Shown one piece after another: positions 26,270-36,800 of a stretch of DNA of 64,000 bases. Numbering within the stretch: the first letter of the stretch is position 1; each line of letters starts with the position of its first letter. Both the position numbers and the translations under genes were made by a program. This stretch comes from Heptranchias perlo (lineage: Eukaryota). The notes beneath the pieces were generated by a model that saw only the letters and a list, made by a program, of their open reading frames with translations, was not told the DNA's origin and made no database searches. The DNA lies in the NCBI RefSeq assembly GCF_035084215.1, contig NC_090366.1, positions 10,230,001-10,294,000 of the forward strand, in the 5' to 3' direction.

Positions 26270-27390
26270 ACACAAAGGACACGTTGTGCAGGTACACAAA
26301 GATCAGATAGTGCAGATGCAAGAAGATCTCGTGGTACAGATCCACAAAGAACACGTGGTACAGATACACAAAGTACACGCCATACAGGTACACAGAGAAC
26401 ACGTGGTACAGATACACAGACAAAACGTGGTGCAGATACAGAAAGAACACGTGGTCCAGATACACTAAGAATACGTGTTACAGATGCACAAATGAAACTT
26501 GGTGCCAATACACAAAGAATTACAACTAGCTATAAAAAGCACACGTGGTACAGATACACAAATAGTTGTAGTGCAGATATACAAAGCACACCTGGGACAG
26601 ATTCGCAAGTACAGATTCTCAAAGAACACGTGCACAGATACACAAAAACACTTAGCACAGATAAACAATGAACACGTGGCACAGATACACAATGAACACG
26701 TGGTACACATACACAATGAACACGTGGTACAGATACACAATGAACACGTGGTAGAGATGCACAATGCTCACATGTCACAGATATGCGCAGAATATTTGGA
26801 GATACACAAAGAACAAGTGGTAATGATAAACAAACACCACGTGGTGCAGATACACAAGGAACACCTGGTACAGATGCGCATAGAACACCTGGCACAGATG
26901 CAAAAAGAACAAGTGATATAAATACATGAAGAACACATGGTCCAGATACACAAATAACGATGTGGTGCAGATACAAAAGGACCGCGTGTTACAGATACGA
27001 AATGAACACGTGGTACAGATACACAAAGTACATTCAGCACAGATACATAAAGAGCACGTGGTTCAGATACATAAATAACATATGGTGCAGATGTATAAAG
27101 AATTGCGGTACAGGTATACCAAGCGCACCTGGTACAGATGTACAAAGACACTCGTGCAGATACACAAAGAACATGTGGTACAGATACATAAAGAACACGT
27201 GGAACAGGTACACAAAGAACACGTGGTACAGATCAACAAAGAACACGTGGTACAGATACATAAAGATAACGTGGTACAGATTCAAGAACAAAACGTGGTA
27301 CAGATACCCAAAATACACATGGATCAGATACGCAAAGAACATGCGGTACAGATACACAAAGAACACGTGCTACAGATACACAAAGGAGTA
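26270..27390. repeat. 24-bp minisatellite (consensus gaacacgtggtacagatacacaaa), about 46 degenerate units
   Basis: Visible periodicity; yields 8-aa repeat ORFs (EHVVQIHK / VYLYHVFF) in several frames. Confidence 0.95.
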
Positions 27391-27463
27391 TTTCCGCTTT
27401 GAATTAGTAAGAATCAGTTTTGCGAACACAAACTGCCATGGGACAGATTGTGGAGAGACTCAC

Positions 27464-27549
27464 TCTGGTCTCTCCTGCCTCTGCACCTTTGTAAAGCGAC
27501 ATGTTAATATAGTTATTGCCCGGAGTTCGAATGCAGGTTTAGTTTCTCG
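27464..27549 (-). pseudogene. Candidate degenerate penultimate cytoplasmic exon of the minus-strand receptor
   Basis: Phase-0 donor |gtgagt conserved in both paralogues; reads NNYINMSLYKGAEAGETR; 1-nt indel versus the paralogue, which is split by LINEs at 56.1-59.1 kb; 5' boundary uncertain. Confidence 0.35.
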
Positions 27550-28249
27550 CTGTGACAAATAGGTGGCGCGGTGGGTCCACTGTGTTTCATCCCGCCACAC
27601 ATTGTCAGCACACGGGGGATCTGTTACGATTTACCGGTAAACTGATTGTCCGTCTCCCTTCCCAATGCATCCTTCCTTTTCAGAACATGTTAGGGTAGAA
27701 ATCCGCCTTGGACGGTGTTACATGCTCACAGTTGTACCTGATGCTGCGCTACCCACTGAACCACAGCTGATACATTAATAACGCCATCGTTATTAGCAGG
27801 TATTATTAATGATGTGGATATATTATTAATATTCAAGTTCTGAACTCTCACTTTGCATTGCACTTTAAACATTCAACTGAAAACACAACAGCTTCTTTCA
27901 CGATGCAGCACAAACTATAACCGGATGTTACCTGACCACAAGTAAGCTCATTCTGGTTTAATTGTCTAGAATGATTCACACCCCAAGAGCGTCACAGATA
28001 GCAGCGATCCATAGTTGCTGTACAAACCGTAACTAATTGGGCTCTAAATAGAACCGAGCTCTTCACACCTCTGCTCTGGAGCTGTACTGGCACACGGTGT
28101 GAATAAACCCACCTCGGTGCAGCCACACTCAATGAGAACAGTGGTTGAGACACTGACTCGTTCCCAATGTGAACAGTGCCCAGACAATGAGGTAGCATCA
28201 TATGAACAGCCAGAGCCCCGTGGCTGACCACACACCACTTCAGCTGTCA

Positions 28250-28740
28250 GCCTGAGAACGAACTGGTTCTTGTGTGGAATCTGCATCTGAACACAATCCC
28301 AAAGCTAGTCAGTAAAACCATACTGGGCTCTGGATCTGAACAAACACACCCAAATTAATCAATAAAACCAAACTGGGCCCTGGATCTGTGAACACATCCG
28401 TAGACTAGACAGTTAAACCAAATCGGGCACTGTAGGTGAACCTGCATCCCTAAATTAGTTAGTAAAACCCTACTGGGCCCTGGATCTGAAAACAATCCCA
28501 AATCTAGTCAGTAATACCAAACTAGCCCTCAACCTGAGCACGCATTCCTAAACTGTTCAGGAAGACTAAACTGGTACCTGGATCTGAACCGACATCCCTA
28601 AACTAATCAATAAAACCAATGGCCCTGGATCTGAATACAGATCCATAAACCAGTCAATCAATCCAAACTGTGCCCTGGATCTGAACACACTTTCCTAAAC
28701 TAGCCAGTAAAGCTGAACTGGACATGGATCTGAGCGCGCA
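28250..28740. repeat. ~50-bp minisatellite, about 10 units (expanded paralogue of the 23.6-kb array)
   Basis: Repeating ctggatctgaacaca...taaactagtcagtaaaaccaaactgggcc. Confidence 0.88.
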
Positions 28741-29959
28741 TCCGTGCTCACTCACGCTCCTACACTCTCTGTTTTCTCTGGAAAAGAGAAGACTGAGAGG
28801 TAACCTATTGACTACCTTAAAATTATGAAGGGATTTGAAAATCAAGATGTAGAGAAGATGTTTTCACCTGAGGGGGTGTCCAAAACTAGCGGACATAAAT
28901 ATAAGATAGTCGTTAATCAATGCAACAGGGAATTCACGAGAAACTTCTTCCCCCAGAGAGTCGTTACAATGTGGAACACGCTGCCACAGAGAGTGGTTGA
29001 GGAGAATAGCACAGATGCATTTAAGGGAAGCTGGATTCATACACGGTCACTCCCGAGAAGTTAGCGCTCCCTTTTCTGAATTCCTGAACCCATAGATATT
29101 TCAGGGAAACTGCCATTGCATGTTCAGTCCAGTGCGTGTCCATCCCAGAAGGCTTAAGTAGTCACATTCAGAGCTCCACATTGAGTGTTTCTCGGAGACA
29201 ATTTTCATTCGCTGAAATACTTACACATTCCTCAGTTCGTATATTGTATTTCCATTCACTCCCCGATGATATTTTATATTTCCTATTAGATTTCAAATAA
29301 CCGATTTGGAAGCGATTAGTCGCCATTCTGTCATGTGAGATACCGTTCTCACTTTACTAAAATGCCTGCTTTCAATTCTGATGAACTATTTACCCAAAAT
29401 TTACTAATTTCTTCTCCCCTATCGATAGCGACTGACCTGTAATATCTTTCCAGTATTTTCTGGTTTGCTACAAGCCTTTGGGTTCCCGGGATGTCCAAGA
29501 GTCCTGATTGATCTCGCCTGGCTGCCGTGACCATTCTCCTTAAGGGCATGGGGAAAACTCGGAGAGTGAATTATGTTTCCCGTGTCGAGAAGTCTAATAA
29601 GTATGACCATAACGTGCAAAAATTGGTCACTTGAGAGTGCGGCAGAAAATGAGCGATTTCCTCGTGAAAGTGGAACGGATTTCAGGTTTAGAATTGTGAA
29701 ACAGAAAACGGAATAAGTGAGTTGAGCAAACTGTATGAGGCTCATCCGAGGCTTTACTGGAACGTATAACTTAAGATATTGATTGATCACTAACCCCGCG
29801 TCCAAGGCAGCGGTGATACGGGACTCTTACCTTCCAACTAGTCTGGACTTATTCTGCTTCTTAAACTAATCTGAAATGCGCCCAGTTGCAGGTGGGCGAT
29901 GTTTGATTGGATCTAAGATTTGCTCTCACTGATCAATTTAAAGGAATTTGATCCTGTAG

Positions 29960-30360
29960 ATAAAAAATATCCACCTTGTGTCCTGTAGCATTGACACACG
30001 AATCTAAAAGCTCCAGCGACACGTCCTAGATCCGGCACTGACATTCAGAAAAATCATAAACGGGTTAATGAAGCAATTGGGATATAAATGAGTTAATTTC
30101 ACAGATTTCATATCTCTGGTGTGTGAATATATATACTTGAGGTCACTTCGGAAAATGGCAGTTTGCCTGTCTGAAACTGTTTACTGACAAACCCTTTTGT
30201 GCCTTTGATATTTCAGATACGTGTTACGCCCCAACTACTGAAGATGTTAAACCCACATGTCTGGAGACAGCGACTGCAGAACTAACCACAGCTGCACATT
30301 TCAAACAATCAGATTTCAAGTGCTAACAAATAGCTAAATATGTGGGAGTTGTGAGTCTGG
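29960..30360 (+). promoter_or_regulatory. Candidate promoter / 5' region of copy 2, conserved upstream of copy 3 (~45470-45820)
   Basis: Shared TATAAAT (30083-30089; 45585-45591), gaggtcacttcg, and RUNX-type AACCACA (30284-30290; 45759-45765); conservation may only reflect duplication. Confidence 0.35.
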
Positions 30361-30781
30361 GCGTCTAAAGTAAGTGTAAAAGATTAATTTAGAGATTGCA
30401 ATTTAAAGTGCCATCCCCTGCCCTGTAACTTTCCAGATGACGAGGGAGGCTGGGCATTTACTGGCCAGGGGTATTTATCAATAGTTTCGCCTGATCACGT
30501 CCTGTAACTGCGGGCCACAGACTGATGTACATTGTCATAGCCGATGTGTCGCAGAGTGGCAGCAGAAATGGTGACTAACAGTGGGTGAGTGTCTCAACCC
30601 ATATGAGCCATCACGGTTCCCGTGGATTGGTGGGTGCTGAACAGCTGACCTCTCGGTACTCTGATTCGATTCGCGAGGAAATCCAGTATATTTCCGGTGG
30701 GCAGAATCCAGAACCGTGATTAATCTAAGATCGGAGATAAATGTTTGCTTGTCATTTTGACAACGTGAAACTCCGCTGGTC

Positions 30782-30824
30782 ATGAACAGCAGAAATATTA
30801 TTTTCATTCTGGTATTTAGTGAAG
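30782..30824 (+). CDS. Copy 2 exon 1, signal peptide MNSRNIIFILVFSE
   Basis: gtcATG, donor gaag|gtaaaa; continues VVHCS-RW in exon 2. Confidence 0.8.
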
Positions 30825-33800
30825 GTAAAATATTCTTTTGAATATTTCTCTCAAGCGATTTCCATTTTGTGGCAAAATAACAAAGTAATTAGTTATAGAA
30901 ATAATAAATAGCTAGTGATTTGGAAATTCGCGAAGAAGGTTTTTAATGTATATTATATTCGGAACTGAATCCTGTAATTTATTCGGATTATTTAATACTT
31001 AATGTGTGTTTCATTGGGAATCAAAGGACATTTTAATGGAACAGTTCCACTGGGATATTTACGAGTTTAAATGGGTAAGGAGACGCAAATATCGGTGGGT
31101 GTTAAAAGGGTCATTTAATGGTATTTATCTGGAATTGTAGGGAATGTTTTAATTGGAACATTATTGTGGATTTCATTGGGTGTTTAATTTCTATTTTTCA
31201 TCAGTTGTCCATTGTTCACGATGGTCTGTGAACATGCCGTGGTTTGTGTCGGCAGTGAACGGTTCATGTGCAGAGATCCCGTGTACATTTGATTATCCCG
31301 CCTATGGCCGCAGTCCATGGGGTATGTGGTTAAAGGGGGGTTCTGATCCCAGTAGCCGACGTGTCTCAATTGTCTATGATCCCAGAGCTTCAAACAAAAT
31401 AAACGTTAACTATTTGGGACGAACTGAGTTGAACGGCAACTTTGTAAAGAAACAATGTTCCTTACGGATTAAAGATATCAGGAATAGCGATGAAGGTGAA
31501 TATTACTTCAGACTGAAGATCAGCACTGCCCGGAATGTTACAGAACAATACACTTCCATATTGCAGGCCAATATTTCTATTTTAGGCAAGTTTTTTTTCA
31601 TTTGTTTCTTCAGTAGTTAATATTCCGTCTCCTCAGTGCCATGTAATTTAAGCCTAGAATGGAAAGATATCGTGATACTTTTGGCCTACGTCGCACGTTA
31701 TAGCGGCACGGCTTGTCCATTGAATATTACCCAGGTGAGTGTTATGTATTCTCTTGAAGAGATGTATGATACTGGGCTACTCTTCATAACTTACAGAAGC
31801 TCCCCGCGTTATTCGGTTGCTAAGTGCAACCTTAGATGTTGTATTGAACCGTAAACACCGGGGGGTCAAAATTAAATCCATAATTGAAGCGAAAAAGTAA
31901 GTCAAAGTTTTTAATTCTGAAGGAAGGGTAGGTTGGATATGGTCTAAACACGGGAGGGATTTCGAGCGTCAGTCAGGACTATCTTCAACCATCGTTTTGA
32001 GATGTCAGCAACGCAGTGAGTGAGTGGAAGTTAATTGACTGGCCAATAACCTGAATAATTCATGTGATAAAGCACATGTGATCCGATTAGTTCAGTAATT
32101 GTAAGGATTTATTGACTTTAGGCATCTTTCCCTGCAGCTGAGAGCAGGCGGAACAGAACAGAATTCATTTTTAAGGTGATATTTTCTCAGTGTTTGGGTT
32201 GAATCGCCTGGCACATCATTGGCCGTTTTCAAAATTGAAATCCACTATAATTTCCTTCTCCCCTTACAGAAAAACCAAGTATATCAGTCTCTGGGGAATT
32301 AATTGCTGGACAACCAGCGCAACTGACCTGCTCGATCACCCACAGTTGCCCATCCGCTAACCTTGAGCTGAAGTGGACTTATGATCAAGGTTACTTTCCA
32401 TATCTGACAGAGACTAAAACTTCAGAACAAAATGTCAACGGTTTGGATGATTCCCGGAGGGTTTCATCCATTTTCACCTTCGTCCCATCCTCGGATCATC
32501 ATGGGAAAACGCTGGGATGTAAACTTATAGTTGAAGGTGTCGAAGCGACTGTTCAAGAAACTCTTACACTGGCCGTTAAATGTAAATACCCGCTCAATGC
32601 TTGATTCAACCAGTTGGTTGATAAACAGGTTCTAATGTTATTTTTATTCTCAGTGCAGTGAGAGCTCGACTGGATAATAAATTAATCGAATTGTCTATCA
32701 GCTAATTCTTGTCAGTCACTTTACTAAACATTTTTCCCAGAGAATTGGAGTAATATTGGTGGTTCCACGGGTGTGGTTTTTGTACAATATTAATCCAAAG
32801 GATCCCAATGCCTGATGACATTTTAGCCACAGAGTAACTGATTAACATTAAATATAATGTACAGCTCAAAAACAGGCCATTCGGCCCAACGAGCCTGCTC
32901 CCACTTCTCTGCATCCAATCCCATCAACGTGACCTATTCTTTTTACCCTCGTGTGTTTCTCTAGCTTCCCCTTAAATGCATCATACAGACCAGGAGAGTG
33001 TGTTTTGAATTAGCTGGGGCGGTGGGGTCGAGATGCTACACTTGGCCTCAACACCCCTGTGTGAGAGAAGGGAAAGTCGACCAAGTTCTTGTTCTGGGAG
33101 GAATGGTCACTTGGTTGACGTACCGCTGGACTCGAACCTTACCCGGGCAAACAAACAAATCTCTAATGACAAGAGGGGAAACGATGCTTATGTTGGAAAT
33201 GAGCTTAAGGTCTGAGACATCAAAAAACACGAGAGTTGTGTGAACACGGGGGAAATGAGACCCATGCGTAGTCATTGTGGAACGGATCACTGATGTCCCT
33301 TCATACATTTAATAGATTCACACTGTACTTACGTTGTATGAAAATCTGTGTTGAGCTGTTTGCAGTGACCAAGTTATCTCCAGCCATGCGCCAATGTTAC
33401 ATTTATGTTACGTTTGATCTACAACTGAATTAGCAAGATAGTCACCATATCTTACTTAATATTGTTGTTTGGTTGTCACTTAATTTGTTTTTTTTTCTCT
33501 TACGCGCTGGAATTCTCATTTACCGCCAATGGCCTCATCAGTACCAGTTGCCCCGCGGAAACCAACCGTCAATTCCTCTATAGTAGCAGTGGAAGGGAGT
33601 TCAGTATTACTGTACTGCACGGCCCAGGGTAAACTACCGGTCAGTTTAAGATGGGTGAGAGATGGTTCGGAGATCAGCATGTCTTCCACCGGTGAACTGC
33701 GGCAGATATTTCACAACATTAGTTCTAAAGATGACGGACAATATTGGTGCGTGGCTGAAAATATCGTGGGCAAAGCAAACAGCTCCACACAGATTTCTGT

Positions 33801-36800
33801 ACAATGTAAGTGCGGTGTGAAACTACCTTCATTCTCTTTATTATGTTACTTTACTGAAGTTAAGCGCGCTGTTATAAACAATCACCATCAAAACTCGTAG
33901 ACTGGGAGTGGAGTTAATCATTTCCTATTTATCTCATTGATATTTGGAAAGCTAATCTTCCTCACACCAGGTTCCGTTGAGGATCAAACGTAACATAAAT
34001 GTAACAGTGGCGCATGGCTGGAGATAACATGGGGACCGCAAACAGCTCCACACAGGTTTTTGTACAACGTAAGTACAGTGTGAACCTATTAAATGTAAAA
34101 AGGGACATCAATGATCCGTTCCACAGTGACTACGTATGGGTCTCATTTCCCCCGTGTTCACACAACTCTCTCAATAGCCGATGTTAGTAATATTCACAGA
34201 AAATCCAGTAAAAGAAGGAGAATTTGACCACATTTAGCGTGTAAAAAACATCGTTAAAAACCAGAGACGCCAATGCACAAAAGCAGGTAAAATGTATCTA
34301 GACTGGTTAAAACCAAATGAATGAATATGTGAGATGTGAAACGCCAGAATTAATGTGCGGGGGACTGATCCCAGCGATCCTGAACTGGGTAGCTGGTACT
34401 GTTGAGGTCATTGGCGGCCAATGAGAAGTCCAGCGCATAAAGGAGAAAAAACATTTTAAGTGACAACCAAAAACAATATTAAGTAAGATATGGTGACTAT
34501 CTCATCAAATCTAAATTGAAAAGCGAGCTCGTGTTTTTTGATGTCTTAGACCTTAAGCTCATTTCAAACATAAGCTCTCTTGTCATTAAAGATTTGTTTG
34601 TTTGCCCGGGTAATCTTCTAGTCCACCGATACGTCAACCAAGTGACCATTCCTCCCAGAACAAGAACTTGGTCGACGTTCCCCTCCCTCACACAGGGGTG
34701 TTGAGGCCAATTGTAGCATCTCGACCCCACCGCCCACCCACCCCCAGCTAATTCAAAACACACTCTCCTGGTCTGTATGATGCATTTAAGGGGAAGCTAA
34801 AGAAACACACGAGGGTGAAAAGAATAGTTCACAATACCCGACTAACTCACCTCAACTCTCAGTTCTGGTAAAACTGTTCGTATTTAATCGAATAAACTTC
34901 TACCTTTGTGACTGACTAATAAGTTATTCTGACTGGGTAATCGCCCACAGCACGAAGTTAAATGGATCAAATGACCGCTCATTGTTTCAATGTGAACTTA
35001 TAACTGAGTTATTGATTGCTAGAATTTAGCAAAAAGCAAAATCTGATGATGCATTAAACGAATGTATCATTGTATGGCTCCAATTAAACACGGCTGTGCA
35101 GTAACCTCTCTGGTTAGTCTAAAGGTCCAAATGGTTCTACTGAGAAACGACAAACTGCTTGATGAAAGCTAACGGAAGCTGAACTGCTCTTATTTTTTTT
35201 TAGATAAACCTTCAATAGTGTCAGGCCCGAACTGCACCATTTCTGAGAGTGGGATTGATTGTACCTGCAGTGTCAGAGCCAACCCCCCGGCAAACATCAC
35301 ATGGGGTCTCAATGGAAGAAACATCACTAGGTACAGTTCAGATGGTGAAGTTATCTCCTGGGCAGTGACTGGTCACCTGGTGCAGAGCTCCCTGACATTG
35401 ATTCACCCAACTAGAACTGGAAACCAGATCTCATGTGTTGCAGCAAACAAGCACGGCATTAGTGTCGGCAAATATCAACTCCAATTAGCAGGTAAGTCCT
35501 GACATTTCCTGGAATTTAATTACTGGAGCTGGATTTTTCCGTCACTGGCCCGCCACTAAGTGAACGGTGTTAGTGTCAGCAAATACCAGCTCCATTCGCC
35601 AGTTGAATACCAAACCCATCTGCAATTAAGGACAGAATCCATTGGATAATTTAACTAGTCTCCAGGTATGGTCCGCCACTGACCACTCACTCACTAAAAG
35701 TTGCGATCGGAATAATACATTATTTTATTTATTTGTTCATGTGATGTGGGCGTCGCTGGCAATGCCAGCATTTATTGCCTATCTCCAAGGTGGTGGTGAG
35801 CCGCCTTCTTGAACCGCTGCAGTCCGTATGGTGAAGGTTCTCCCACAGTGCTGTTAGGAAGGGAGTTCCAGGATTTTGACCCAGCGACGATGAAGGAACG
35901 GCCGATATATTTCCAAGTCGGGATGGTGTGTGACTTGGAGGGGTGTTGTTCCCATGTGCCTGCTGCTCTTGTCCTTCTAGGTGGTAGAGGTCGCGGGTTT
36001 GGGAGGTGCTGTCGAAGAAGCCTTGGCGAGTTGCTGCAGTGCATCCTGTGGATGGTACACACTGCAGCCACGGTGCGCCGGTGGTGAAGGGAGTGAATGT
36101 TTTGGGTGGTGGATGGGGTGCCAATCAAGCGGGCTGATTTGTCCTGGACGGTGTCGACCTTCTTGAGTGTTGTTGGAGCTGCACTCATCCAGGCAAGTGG
36201 AGAGTATTCCATCATACTCTTGACTTGTACCTTATAGATGTTGGAAAGGTTTTGGGGAGTTAGGAGGTGACTCACTCGCGGCAGAATACCCAGCCTCTGA
36301 CCTGCTCTCGTAGCCACGGTATCTATGTGGCTGGTCCAGTTAAGTTTCTGGTCAATGGTGAGCCCCAGGATGTTGATGGTGGGGGATTCGGCGATGGTAA
36401 TGCTGTTGAATATCAAGGGGAGGTGGTTAGACTCTCTCTTGTTGGAGATGGTCACTGCATGGCACTTGTCTGGCGCGAATGTTACTTGCCACTTGTCAGC
36501 CCAAGCCTGGATGTTGTCCAGATCTTGCTGCAGACGTGTCACTGATTTATCGGATTTGGTTATCGTTGCATTGTTTTCCTCAATATCGGAAGGGATTAAT
36601 ATAAAACAGTATAAGTACCATGCGATCTTGAATAAAACAGAATCTTCTGAATTAACTCGACGCTTTCTGAAGTCAGGTTGTCTCGCACTACAACAGGAGC
36701 GGGCTGCAGTCCATCATTGAATTCACACTTGCTCAGTTCTATCTTGTTCATACATTTCAAATAAACAGCTCTTCCAGCTATTTCAGACTGCTCCTGGGAT

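Larger units (their letters stand above)
24815..27690 (+). repeat. Segmental duplication block X, paralogous to ~54340-56100 plus 59090-59260
   Basis: Colinear similarity including the ITIM exon, its 3' UTR and the 24-bp repeat; ORFs 25867..26184 and 55431..55730 nearly identical. Confidence 0.92.

Noticed and set aside
26142-27562. Many overlapping His/Val/Tyr/Cys-rich ORFs on both strands
   Set aside because: By-products of the 24-bp minisatellite; frames shift repeatedly. Only the non-repetitive ITIM end is treated as exon.
23590-28740. Regularly spaced repeats superficially like CRISPR arrays
   Set aside because: Units are contiguous and degenerate with no unique spacers or cas genes, and the DNA is eukaryotic.
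32998-33243. Duplicated ORF MCFELAG... (also 34497..34763, minus strand) as a small gene pair
   Set aside because: Reflects the intronic inverted repeat; non-ATG start and no protein features.
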